From Candidatus Zixiibacteriota bacterium (GTDB lineage: Bacteria; Zixibacteria; MSB-5A5; GN15; FEB-12), in the NCBI GenBank assembly GCA_041742355.1, contig JBGSIV010000157.1, positions 21,543 through 85,542 of the forward strand: DNA of 64,000 nt, read 5' to 3'. The number at the start of each line of letters is the position of its first letter. Within the stretch, counting starts at the first letter, position 1. A model generated the notes under the pieces. That model saw only the letters and a list, made by a program, of their open reading frames with translations, ran no database searches and was not told the origin of the DNA. The position numbers were made by a program, and so were the translations under genes. Positions 54,270-63,151 of this stretch are shown here, one piece after another.

Positions 54270-54339
54270 GCCTCCCGAACCAAACAGCCGTATACTTCCC
54301 CTGAAGAAGAATAGGCTGTTTGTTTCGGGAGGCCTTTTT
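54270..54339 (+). promoter_or_regulatory. 20-bp stem-loop with U tract that buries the SD of the downstream methyltransferase
   Basis: GCCTCCCGAACCAAACAGCC (54270-54289) pairs with GGCTGTTTGTTTCGGGAGGC (54314-54333), with one mismatch. The right arm contains GGGAGG (54327-54332), 7 nt before ATG 54340. CTTTTTA follows the stem. Confidence 0.5.
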
Positions 54340-55002
54340 ATGCCGGAAAGCAATCTCTACCAGGAGCAGTATGAAGGCGCGGAGTACTACTGGGGCAAGG
54401 AGCCGTCGCAGTCCTGCCGGGATCTCCTGAATCTGGTGCAGTCGCCGCCGGACCGCCCGCTGAGTCTCCTCGATATCGGATGCGGAGAAGGGCGCAACGC
54501 TGTCCACTTCGCCCGACACGGCTTTCTGGTCACGGCCATCGATCGCTCATCCGCCGGCCTGGAGAAGACCGCCCGGCTGGCGCAGGAATGCGGTGTGACG
54601 GTGACGACGATCGAAGCAGACATCAACCTCTGGACGCCGGATCGCTCGTTCGACGTTCTCTTCTCCAGCGGGACCCTGCACTACCTGCCTCCGGAGATTC
54701 GGACGGCGAAATTCCATGAGTACCGCGAGGCGACCGTCGCGGGAAGGATCAACGCCTTCTCCGTTCTGATCGAAAAGCCGTTCATCCCGCCGTCGCCCGA
54801 CGCACAGCCGGGCGTGCGGCTATTCCGCTCGGGTGAGCTCATGGCGCACTATTGGGATTGGGAGATGCTCGCCAGCTCGGAAGAGATATTCGACTGCCGC
54901 TCCGGAGGCATCCCGCACCGCCACGCCGTCAACAGGATCATCGCCCGCCGCCCGGCCGGGTGGAAAGCTCATTCCGGGCATGAGCCGAGGCAATCAATTT
55001 AG
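54340..55002 (+). CDS. class I SAM-dependent methyltransferase (TehB-like)
   Basis: Start taken at ATG 54340. Motif I LLDIGCGEGRNAVHFARHG. Then AIDRS..., DVLFSSGTLHYLPPE. Confidence 0.8.
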   Translation: MPESNLYQEQYEGAEYYWGKEPSQSCRDLLNLVQSPPDRPLSLLDIGCGEGRNAVHFARHGFLVTAIDRSSAGLEKTARLAQECGVTVTTIEADINLWTPDRSFDVLFSSGTLHYLPPEIRTAKFHEYREATVAGRINAFSVLIEKPFIPPSPDAQPGVRLFRSGELMAHYWDWEMLASSEEIFDCRSGGIPHRHAVNRIIARRPAGWKAHSGHEPRQSI

Positions 55003-56472
55003 TTGCCAAGTGGGGCAGGAAGTCGACTATTTGTGCCGTTCGAATTGCGGTCGCCTGTCGCCAAAGCTGTGAAGATATGGGGATTTCGGTTGGAAGCTTC
55101 GATTCAGAGTTCAGAAAAAAAGCGCGTTGCGCTCTGGTCCGTGGCCGCGGCACTATTCATTACGGCCGCGAAGCTGATTGTCGGTCTGGAGACCAACAGC
55201 CTCGGCGTTCTGTCCGAAGCCGCCCATTCCGGTCTCGATCTCATAGCCGCCGTAATGACCTTCTTCGCCGTGTCTATTTCGGGACGTCCGGCTGACCGCG
55301 ACCACCACTATGGTCACGGAAAAATCGAGAATGTCTCGGCGCTTTTCGAAACGCTCCTGCTGGTTTTCACCTGCGGCTGGATCATTTACGAAGGAATCCA
55401 CCGGCTGACCGCCGTGCATCCGCAGGTCGAAGCTAATGTCTGGAGTTTCGGCGTGATCGCGGTTGCCATTGTCGTGGATTTTGGGCGTGCGCGGTCCCTC
55501 AGCCGGGTCGCCCGAAAGTACAAGAGTCAGGCGCTCGAGGCCGACGCTCTGCACTTCTCCAGCGACATCTGGTCATCTCTGGTTGTGCTCCTGGGCCTGT
55601 TCTTTGTCTCGGCCGGCTACCCGTGGATGGATGCCATCGCCGCGATCGGGGTAGCCGTGCTCGTGCTGGTCGTAAGTTATCGGCTGGGACGGCGGACGAT
55701 TGACGCCCTCATGGACAGGGTACCGCACGATGTGCCGGAACAGGTCAAAACGGCGATCGGCGCCGTCGCCGGTATCGAGGCGGTCAGCAACCTCCGCCTC
55801 CGCCATGTCGGCGATAAGACTTTTGCCGATGTTGTGGTCGGAATCGACCGCACAGTGTCGTTTGAGCACGCACACCGCATCATGGAGGAGGTCGAGGCCG
55901 CGGTCCGCCGGTGTGTCGGCGAGGCCGACGTGGTCGTACACGGCGAGCCCCATCGCCGCGACGATGAGCGTCTTGAGGAGCAAATAAAAATATATGTGAC
56001 CCGGGCCGGCCTCCCCGAGCCGCACCATGTCCGGATTCACCAGGTGGAAGGGCGCACGGCCGTGGAGTTCCACCTCGAGTTTGAGCCGGGCAAGACCCTT
56101 CGGGCGGCGCACGACGTCGCCTCCGGCATTGAAGCGGAAATTCGCCGGGAATGGCCCGCGATCGGCGCCGTGACTATTCATATGGAAGAGCGCTCGCCTC
56201 GCGTGGAACAGGCGGCCGTATCGGATGATCGCGGTCTGCAGGAAGCGGTCCGGCGGGATATCGAAAAACACGAAGCCGTGGCCGCCTGCAGTCGTTGCCA
56301 ACTCCTGCGAGTCGGATCACGATATCACATGAGCATTACCTGTAGTTTCCGGGGGGATGATTCGCTGACCACCGTGCATCGCGCCGTTTCGCAACTGGAG
56401 CGCCTGCTGTATCAGAAATACCCCCTCATAGAGCGGATTACGATTCACCCCGAGCCGGCGAAGGGGGAGTAG
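55003..56472 (+). CDS. cation diffusion facilitator (CDF) transporter with three tandem C-terminal cytoplasmic domains
   Basis: TM core AAKLIVGLETNSLGVLSEAAHSGLDLIAAV...DRDHHYGHGKIEN. Three successive ~75-aa units each end in H.EP / HMEE (...VVVHGEP, ...VTIHMEE, ...ITIHPEP). The start is uncertain: TTG 55003, GTG 55069 or TTG 55090. Confidence 0.85.
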   Translation: MPSGAGSRLFVPFELRSPVAKAVKIWGFRLEASIQSSEKKRVALWSVAAALFITAAKLIVGLETNSLGVLSEAAHSGLDLIAAVMTFFAVSISGRPADRDHHYGHGKIENVSALFETLLLVFTCGWIIYEGIHRLTAVHPQVEANVWSFGVIAVAIVVDFGRARSLSRVARKYKSQALEADALHFSSDIWSSLVVLLGLFFVSAGYPWMDAIAAIGVAVLVLVVSYRLGRRTIDALMDRVPHDVPEQVKTAIGAVAGIEAVSNLRLRHVGDKTFADVVVGIDRTVSFEHAHRIMEEVEAAVRRCVGEADVVVHGEPHRRDDERLEEQIKIYVTRAGLPEPHHVRIHQVEGRTAVEFHLEFEPGKTLRAAHDVASGIEAEIRREWPAIGAVTIHMEERSPRVEQAAVSDDRGLQEAVRRDIEKHEAVAACSRCQLLRVGSRYHMSITCSFRGDDSLTTVHRAVSQLERLLYQKYPLIERITIHPEPAKGE

Positions 56473-56504
56473 ACCCGATCACGGTCCCAATAACGAGGCA
56501 AGCG

Positions 56505-56540
56505 AAAGCCCCGATCATTGATCGGGGCTTTCTTCTATTT
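56505..56540 (+). terminator. intrinsic terminator of the CDF gene
   Basis: AAAGCCCCGATC-ATT-GATCGGGGCTTT followed by CTTCTATTT. Confidence 0.75.
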
Positions 56541-56541
56541 A

Positions 56542-56623
56542 TGCGGATGGCCGGACTCGAACCGGCATGGGTTTCCCCACTACCCCCTCAAGATAGCGTG
56601 TCTACCAGTTTCACCACATCCGC
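56542..56623 (-). tRNA. tRNA-Leu (anticodon GAG), class II with long variable arm; CCA not encoded
   Basis: Minus strand reads GCGGATG-TG-GTG..CAC-G-CTATC-TTGAGGG-GGTAG-TGGGGAAACCCAT-GCCGG-TTCGAGT-CCGGC-CATCCGC-A. All four stems pair and the T-loop is TTCGAGT. Confidence 0.9.
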
Positions 56624-56676
56624 GGAACTGACGATGTCAAAGAACGGCCGGGAGTCGTTCCCGGCAGGTCCGGCTC

Positions 56677-57090
56677 TTACTGACTGTCGCCCTGCGGCGT
56701 AACCGGGTTGACATCCAGATTCAGCAGAGAGTCTCCGGACTGCTGTTGCTGCTGCTGCTGCTGCTGCTGCATCGACTGCTCGCGGGCTTTCTGGGCCTCG
56801 CGGGTGACAACCGATTCGACCTCACCCGGGGCTGTGGCCACGCGTCCGCTCCGGTTGGCCGACATCACGGCCAGGCCGACGCAGTTCAGCATGAACAGCA
56901 CCGCGAGAACAGTCGTCGCTTTGCTCAGAAACGAGCCGGCACCACGGCCGCCGAACACGGCGCCGCCTAAGCCGCCACCACCGCCAAATGCGCTCCCGGC
57001 CAGGCCCTCGCCTTTGCTCGATTGGAGCAGCACCACGATGATCAGGGCGATGCACACAAGCACGTGGAAGATGATCAGTGCTACGAACAA
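56677..57090 (-). CDS. secG: preprotein translocase subunit SecG with long Gln-rich C-terminal extension
   Basis: TTG start 8 nt after GGAGG. FHVLVCIALIIVVLLQSSKGEGL...FLSKATTVLAVLFMLNCVGLA is the SecG core. Lies directly downstream of tpiA. Confidence 0.85.
   Translation of the reverse strand: MFVALIIFHVLVCIALIIVVLLQSSKGEGLAGSAFGGGGGLGGAVFGGRGAGSFLSKATTVLAVLFMLNCVGLAVMSANRSGRVATAPGEVESVVTREAQKAREQSMQQQQQQQQQQSGDSLLNLDVNPVTPQGDSQ
56740..56769. repeat. trinucleotide repeat encoding Q10 in SecG
   Basis: Plus strand reads CTG CTG TTG (CTG)x7, which is (CAG)7 CAA (CAG)2 on the coding strand. Confidence 0.9.
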
Positions 57091-57106
57091 GTAATAAACC
57101 TCCGTA

Positions 57107-57862
57107 TCAGGCAGCGTTTATAATCGCCAGAAAATCGGCCGCCTTCAATGACGCTCCGCCTACCAGGGCGCCGTCGATATCCGGTTCGGCCAGCAGTTCC
57201 GCGGCATTGTCCGGCTTCACTGACCCGCCGTAGAGGATCGGGACCTCGCAGGCGACCGTCTGGCCGCACAGTGCGGTCATGCGTTCCCGGATGAACGCGT
57301 GCACCTCCTGAGCCATTTCCGGCGTGGCCGTTTTGCCCGTACCGATGGCCCAAACCGGCTCGTACGCGATCACCAGGCGCTTCAGTGCGTCCGGTTCCAC
57401 CTCCAAGAGGCCGGTATCCACCTGCGTGCCGATAACCTGCTTTGTGCCGCCGCCCTGACGCTGCTCAAGTTCTTCCCCGACACAGACTATCGGTATCAAG
57501 CCCTTGCGCAATGCCGTCCGGACCTTGGCATTCACGGTACGATCGGACTCGCGGTGGTACTGCCGCCGCTCAGAGTGGCCCAATATAACGTGGGTCACCC
57601 CGACTGTCAAGAGCATGTCGGCCGATATCTCGCCAGTGTACGCACCGTTTTCATGTTCCGTCATGTTCTGGGCGCCGACCGCCATCTTGCTGCCTTTCAG
57701 CAGATTAACCGCAAACTGCAATGACGTGAAGGGCGGACAGACAACCACCTCGGCCTTTGCGGTGTCCCACCGGCTGTCCAACAGGCTCCGCAGCAGGCGT
57801 TCTGTCTCAGGAATCGTGCCGTTGCACTTCCAGTTGCCGGCAATGAGTTTCCGGCCCCTCAT
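57107..57862 (-). CDS. tpiA: triose-phosphate isomerase
   Basis: LIAGNWKCNG, ...ILGHSERR..., VCVGE, IAYEPVWAIGTG, ILYGGSV. Confidence 0.95.
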   Translation of the reverse strand: MRGRKLIAGNWKCNGTIPETERLLRSLLDSRWDTAKAEVVVCPPFTSLQFAVNLLKGSKMAVGAQNMTEHENGAYTGEISADMLLTVGVTHVILGHSERRQYHRESDRTVNAKVRTALRKGLIPIVCVGEELEQRQGGGTKQVIGTQVDTGLLEVEPDALKRLVIAYEPVWAIGTGKTATPEMAQEVHAFIRERMTALCGQTVACEVPILYGGSVKPDNAAELLAEPDIDGALVGGASLKAADFLAIINAA

Positions 57863-59076
57863 GAGCGCACAGCCTCAGTCTTCCCGAAATTGGTCAAGGC
57901 TGCCACACCGGGCAGTTCCTTCCCTTCGAGGAATTCCAGCGAGGCGCCGCCACCGGTCGAAATGTGCGACAATTTCGCCTCCACACCGGCGTCTTTCACC
58001 GCCGAGGCTGAGTCACCGCCGCCGACAACAGTGGTCGCTCCCTGCCCCGTCAGCGTCGCCAGCAGGCGTGCGATCGCCAGCGTTCCCTCGGCGAAGGGTT
58101 TGTGCTCGAACACGCCCATCGGGCCGTTCCACACCACCGTTTTGGCCGACTTGAGCTTCTCCTCGAACAACTTGATTGTCTTGGGTCCGATATCGAGCCC
58201 CCTCCAGCCCTCGGGGATCTTGTCGATATCGACCACCTTCGTCTCGGCGGTATCCGAGATCTCCCTGGCGATGACGGCATCGACCGGGAAGACGAACTCG
58301 GCGCGCGAACTCTTGATCTTCTGGATGATCTCTTTGGCCAGTTCGACCTTGTCGGCCTCGAGCAGCGAATCACCGATCGGGTAGCCCATCGCTTTGCTGA
58401 ACGTGAAAGTCATGCCGCCGCCGATCAGGAGCAGGTCGACTTTGTTCATCAGGTTGGTGATGACATCGATCTTGCCCGAAATCTTGGAGCCGCCCAGGAT
58501 GGCGGCAAACGGACGCTGCGGGTTCTCCAGGGCGGTCCCCAGGTAGTTCAGCTCTTTCTCCATGAGGTAGCCGGCGATCGCCTGACGGAAAAACCTCGCC
58601 ACGCCTTCGGTGGAGGCATGGGCGCGGTGAGCGCTGCCGAATGCGTCGTTGACATACGTATCGGCGAGCGAGGCCAGTCGCTGAGCGAACTCGGGGTCGT
58701 TCTTCTCTTCCTTGTCATGGAAGCGGAGATTCTCCAGCAGCACAACATCGCCGTCCTTCATTTTCGAGACGACATTGGCAGCTTCGGGACCGACGCAGTC
58801 TTCGGCAAACATGACCTCCTTGCCGAGCAGCAGGCTCAGTCGCTTGGCCACCGGTCGCAGCGAGTACTTCTCTTCCGGCTTGCCCTTGGGACGTCCGAGG
58901 TGGGAGCAGAGGATTGTCCGACCGCCGTCCTTCATTATCTTCCGGATGGTTGGCAACGCCTCGGTAATGCGCCGATCGTCGCTCACCTCGCCATTCTCAA
59001 TCGGTACGTTGAAATCCACCCGCACGAGGACTTTCTGCGAGCGGAAGTTGACGTCGTTTACGGTCACTTTCTTCAT
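57859..59076 (-). CDS. pgk: phosphoglycerate kinase
   Basis: [11 protein letters not shown], ...SHLGRPKG, ...[13 protein letters not shown], ...GGGDSA, ...[13 protein letters not shown] overlap with tpiA. Confidence 0.95.
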   Translation of the reverse strand: MKKVTVNDVNFRSQKVLVRVDFNVPIENGEVSDDRRITEALPTIRKIMKDGGRTILCSHLGRPKGKPEEKYSLRPVAKRLSLLLGKEVMFAEDCVGPEAANVVSKMKDGDVVLLENLRFHDKEEKNDPEFAQRLASLADTYVNDAFGSAHRAHASTEGVARFFRQAIAGYLMEKELNYLGTALENPQRPFAAILGGSKISGKIDVITNLMNKVDLLLIGGGMTFTFSKAMGYPIGDSLLEADKVELAKEIIQKIKSSRAEFVFPVDAVIAREISDTAETKVVDIDKIPEGWRGLDIGPKTIKLFEEKLKSAKTVVWNGPMGVFEHKPFAEGTLAIARLLATLTGQGATTVVGGGDSASAVKDAGVEAKLSHISTGGGASLEFLEGKELPGVAALTNFGKTEAVRS

Positions 59077-59102
59077 GGCTGCTTCCTTTCCGGTCAGAAT
59101 GG

Positions 59103-60089
59103 TTACAGCATTATCCGCATCATGTCAACCATGCGGTTGGAGAAACCCCACTCATTGTCGTACCAGCTGAACACCTTCGCCATTTTGCCGTGGACAGCGG
59201 TCAACTGACTGTCGAAAATCGAGCCGTGGGGGTTGCCAATGATGTCAACCGACACGATCGGGTCTTCCATGTACTGTAAGGCCCGGCTGAAGCCCGGGGT
59301 TTCCGCGGCTTTCTTCATCGCGGCGTTGATGGCCTCGACCGTCGCTTCCTTCTCGAGGATCACGGCCAGATCGACCAGCGAACCGTCGACCGTGGGAACG
59401 CGGATGGCCACGCCGTCCATCTTGCCCTTCATGGCCGGGATCACCTCGCTGATCGCCTTGGCGGCGCCGGTGGTCGTCGGAACCATTGACAGGGCGGCGG
59501 CACGGGCGCGGCGCAGATCCTTGTGCGGAGCGTCCTGGAGCCGCTGGTCGGCCGTGTAGGCGTGGATGGTGGTCATGAAGCCGCTCTCGATGCCGAAGTT
59601 GTCCAGGAGTACTCTCACCACCGGCGCGAGGCAGTTGGTCGTGCAGGAACCGATCGAAATGACCTGGTGATTCTTCTTGTCGTACTGGTTGTCGTTGATG
59701 CCCGGGATGAACGTGCCGTCATGCCCCTTGGCCGGAGCGGAGATGAGCACCTTCTTGGCGCCGGCCTGGATGTGCTTCATCGCATCATCTTTCTTCGTGA
59801 ACTTGCCGGTGCATTCCAGCACGATATCGACCCCGAGCTCTTTCCACGGCAGCTTGGCCGGATCGAGTTGCGCCGACACCGGAATCTCCCGGCCGTCGAC
59901 CACGAGGCAGTTGCCATCGACCTTCACCTCGCCCGGATAGCCGCGGTGGATAGAATCGTACTTCAGCAGATGCGCCAGAGTGGCGGCATCGGTGATATCG
60001 TTCACGGCCACAAACTCAATGTCGGTCCCGCGGGCGGCGCGCAGCACGAGACGCCCGATTCGGCCAAAGCCGTTGATGGCTACTCTCAT
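59103..60089 (-). CDS. gap: type I glyceraldehyde-3-phosphate dehydrogenase
   Basis: MRVAINGFGRIGR, ...SCTTNCLAP, ...WYDNEWG. Confidence 0.95.
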   Translation of the reverse strand: MRVAINGFGRIGRLVLRAARGTDIEFVAVNDITDAATLAHLLKYDSIHRGYPGEVKVDGNCLVVDGREIPVSAQLDPAKLPWKELGVDIVLECTGKFTKKDDAMKHIQAGAKKVLISAPAKGHDGTFIPGINDNQYDKKNHQVISIGSCTTNCLAPVVRVLLDNFGIESGFMTTIHAYTADQRLQDAPHKDLRRARAAALSMVPTTTGAAKAISEVIPAMKGKMDGVAIRVPTVDGSLVDLAVILEKEATVEAINAAMKKAAETPGFSRALQYMEDPIVSVDIIGNPHGSIFDSQLTAVHGKMAKVFSWYDNEWGFSNRMVDMMRIML

Positions 60090-60814
60090 TACATCCTCCT
60101 ATTACGGTCTGATTCCTTTGAAGAACCTGAATAAAGATATTTTACACCTATGGATATGGCAAGTGCGCCATAGTCCTCGATTGTCATGAGCGGATCGCCG
60201 AACTCGATCGGCAGGTACTTGATGTTGAAATCGAGTCCGATCTGCGAGGCGATCGGCCAGTCAAAGCCGCCGCCAACAGCATAGTTGAAATCGGTCGCCG
60301 ATTCCTCGTCGAGTTCAGGGTAGTAGTAGTAGTCCGTGGATGAGGTGAATTGCACCGAACGACGGCCGTAGAACAACCCGCCCCCGCCGGTCACATAGGG
60401 CTGAACGGTCCAGCCGGTCGATGCCAGCGGGTACAGCTTGGCCTGCAGCAGCACCGTGTAGAGAATCACGTTGCCTACGTTGTCGCGGTCCTCGACCCGA
60501 AAAGTGACGGAGCCGCGGTTAACGATGCCGACTGAGAATTCCCCCATCAGGGCACGGGTGAAACGGTGGGCGTAGTAACCCTCGAAGTAGAAACTGGCGT
60601 CGTGGAAGTTGGTCTCGAAAATCTCCTCGGCGTCCGCGGTGTCGCGTTCCGGCGGCATGTCGCCGAGGTTCGCCCAGCCGCCCAGACGGATGCCGACTTG
60701 GTGGGTGTTGAAGAACCCTCTCTCGGCCGCGGCCGAGTCCGGTTCGGCTCCCTGCGACGCCACGGCCGGCGCAATGACGCCCATGAACACTACTATGGCG
60801 AGATGTTTGTACAT
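60089..60814 (-). CDS. outer-membrane beta-barrel protein, translationally coupled to gap
   Basis: Start taken at ATG 60814 (MYKHLAIVVFMGVIAPAVASQG). Alternating strand pattern. Its stop TAA (60091-60089) shares one base with the gap ATG (60089-60087), reading TAATG. Confidence 0.65.
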   Translation of the reverse strand: MYKHLAIVVFMGVIAPAVASQGAEPDSAAAERGFFNTHQVGIRLGGWANLGDMPPERDTADAEEIFETNFHDASFYFEGYYAHRFTRALMGEFSVGIVNRGSVTFRVEDRDNVGNVILYTVLLQAKLYPLASTGWTVQPYVTGGGGLFYGRRSVQFTSSTDYYYYPELDEESATDFNYAVGGGFDWPIASQIGLDFNIKYLPIEFGDPLMTIEDYGALAISIGVKYLYSGSSKESDRNRRM

Positions 60815-60981
60815 GCCGCTCTTCCTCGATTGACTATACTCGTGGCCGCCCTGCCCGGAGTGACTCCCGCCGGCGGCGTTTCTGGACCTCAGCGCTAGTA
60901 TCGACATCCCATCCATTCTCAGTATGCACTACTGCACCCATATCCCCATGATGTTCGGCGCATGAACGTCCGCAGGGGCGC

Positions 60982-62553
60982 TCACGGTGTACTCGGGGGA
61001 TACAGGTAAATACGGCTCTCAGTGTAATCCAACAGTACCCGAAATCGTTCCAGGACCAGGTTTCCGATGTTGCCGGCGAGTTCCTCGCTGCCCGACAGCC
61101 CCTGAGTCGATTCCGGGATAATGGTCGGCAGGTTCTCCAGCTGGATATTGCCCAGCCGGAACCGCGGCACGGTGGCCGAAAGGGTCCGGGCATCGCCGCC
61201 GACACCGGTCAGGCTCCGGTCCAGCTCCTGAATATCGGTCAACACCGTGTCCAGCCCGCGGGAGCGGTAAAATTGGTTGTGGAGCACCAGGCCGACCGAA
61301 TTGCCGAGGTCGATGATGAAATCCCCTTCGATACCGTTCACGCTCGCCCGGACAGTCGGAACCAGGAGGGTGAGGTGGAAGTCGAGGGCTGTACCGCCAT
61401 CCGGGGGTTTATAGGTCGCCGGATCATACACGGTCAGCGTCGAGTCCCGGTAGTCGATCAGGACCGGAAACCGGGAGAGAAAATCATGACCGAGCAACCC
61501 GCCCGCGGTCGCTCCGGCCGGGGGTTGTATGCCGATTGCAGCGAGATCGATAATCCCGCCGATCTGGTTCAGGAGCGTGAGCGAACCGATCGTGACCGAA
61601 TCGGTGCGCACGAGCGGGATTTCGTCCACCCCGCCCAGTCCAACCGCCGGCAGAGATCCGCTCTGCGAAAGATTCAGGGGGGCCACCGCCGGGGCATTGA
61701 ACATGTTGGCCGAGGCGCCGGAGTCGAGAATGAACCAGGCTACCATCGAGCCATTCACGGTTGCCTGCAGCCAGATATGGCCGCGGTGGTACTTGAACGG
61801 AATCACAACCGAATCGGCGCCGCCCGAAAAACGGAAATCGACCGTCCCCAGAGCAGCCGTCGGCATGCCGAAGAGCGTCGGATCCACCTCGACATCGAGT
61901 TCGACCGACCGGGTGATCATCTCGGTAAACAGCGGGACCTCGCGAAAGTCGGTGCGGGCGCGGTGGGCCATCCGAATGCCGCCGACTGACCGATAATCGC
62001 TCGCCCGGGTGACGGCGGTCAGGTTGTCCATGCGCTCGACGATTACTTCGGGTTCGGCGGTGCCGGGATCCAGGAGCATGATGATCGTGTCGGTGCCGAA
62101 CGGATAGATGGCGGCCTGGAGCCAGGTCGTGTCATTACTCGTGGTGTCGCCCAGGTACCCGGCGCCGCCGGGCAGCCGGTCCGGCAGAACGAACGAGTAG
62201 GACGCAAGGTAGACCTGGGTCAGCAGCTGACGTCGTTCCATCCCTTCGACTTCGGAGACCCGCCCGTTGTGGTCGCGTTTCCAGGCCGTGGTGCCGTCAT
62301 ACGCCTGCACGAGAGTCATGCCGCCGATACGGATCTCGATGTAAAAGCGGTCGGGCGCGGCGAACACCTGCGTATACTCGCCGGTCAGGCCGTTAAGATT
62401 GGCGCTGCCCTCAGTGCGGTAAGACTGTAGCCCGGCCAATGTGGTCCGAGCGTCGGTCCCACCGATCGAGGCAACAAGCAGGGAGTCAATGTCAACCGCC
62501 TGGGCACATGATCCCAGCAGCAGGGCAAAGAGCAAGTGCACGAACCGTCTCAT
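60982..62553 (-). CDS. secreted protein with two retropepsin-like (clan AA) domains
   Basis: Signal/lipobox-like LLFALLLGSCAQA. About 220-aa N-terminal beta domain. First protease-like unit ATVNGSMVAWFILDSGASANMF (DSG). Second unit ASVNGIEGDFIIDLGNSVGLVL (DLG, degenerate). Confidence 0.65.
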   Translation of the reverse strand: MRRFVHLLFALLLGSCAQAVDIDSLLVASIGGTDARTTLAGLQSYRTEGSANLNGLTGEYTQVFAAPDRFYIEIRIGGMTLVQAYDGTTAWKRDHNGRVSEVEGMERRQLLTQVYLASYSFVLPDRLPGGAGYLGDTTSNDTTWLQAAIYPFGTDTIIMLLDPGTAEPEVIVERMDNLTAVTRASDYRSVGGIRMAHRARTDFREVPLFTEMITRSVELDVEVDPTLFGMPTAALGTVDFRFSGGADSVVIPFKYHRGHIWLQATVNGSMVAWFILDSGASANMFNAPAVAPLNLSQSGSLPAVGLGGVDEIPLVRTDSVTIGSLTLLNQIGGIIDLAAIGIQPPAGATAGGLLGHDFLSRFPVLIDYRDSTLTVYDPATYKPPDGGTALDFHLTLLVPTVRASVNGIEGDFIIDLGNSVGLVLHNQFYRSRGLDTVLTDIQELDRSLTGVGGDARTLSATVPRFRLGNIQLENLPTIIPESTQGLSGSEELAGNIGNLVLERFRVLLDYTESRIYLYPPSTP

Positions 62554-62680
62554 AGAGTCCTTTCACACGATCCTATCCACGTCAGGTATAGGACAAAAGG
62601 GTCGTCGGGAAAAGCTAAAACCGTACCAATTCGGGGGAAAACTGGGGTGTTCCGGCTGCCGGGATCCCATCATGGAGAAT

Positions 62681-63070
62681 CTACCTTGAGAGACCAAGCC
62701 AGTCGCAGGTCATGAACTCCCCCTGATGGCCGTCGGGATCAAAGTAGTACAGCGAACGCTGTCCGCTCGGCCACTCGTACTCCCTGGGTTCCACGCCGAG
62801 ATCGAGAAGCTTGCGGCGGAAGGTGTCGTAGTCGGCAGGGTCTATCTGGAAAGCGTAGTGGAGGTGGGCGGCCCCCTGGCCATCGTGTATCCCGAGCTTG
62901 CCCTGCATCCAGAGCCCGAACGCGGTGCCGTCGGGCATCACCAGCGCCAGCGCCTGACCATCGGGCCAGCGAATCACCTTCTCGTGCGGCAGCAGTTGCC
63001 GGTAGAAATCGTAAGCGCGATTGAGGTCGGCAACCTCGAGGTGCATTTCCAGCATGCGCACGCCGGACAC
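62681..63070 (-). CDS. VOC (glyoxalase/bleomycin-resistance/dioxygenase) family protein
   Basis: HLEVADLNRAYDFY...HLHYAFQI...YFFDPDGHQGEF layout of a paired beta-alpha-beta-beta-beta module. Confidence 0.8.
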   Translation of the reverse strand: MSGVRMLEMHLEVADLNRAYDFYRQLLPHEKVIRWPDGQALALVMPDGTAFGLWMQGKLGIHDGQGAAHLHYAFQIDPADYDTFRRKLLDLGVEPREYEWPSGQRSLYYFDPDGHQGEFMTCDWLGLSR

Positions 63071-63151
63071 AGGTATTCCTCCGGGAACGGGTCAACGAAT
63101 GCTTTGGAAGCAAAGGCGAGGTGATCGGGCAGCAGGCGAACTCGAATGGCG

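Noticed and set aside
58102-59208. 368-aa plus-strand ORF
   Set aside because: It is antisense to pgk.
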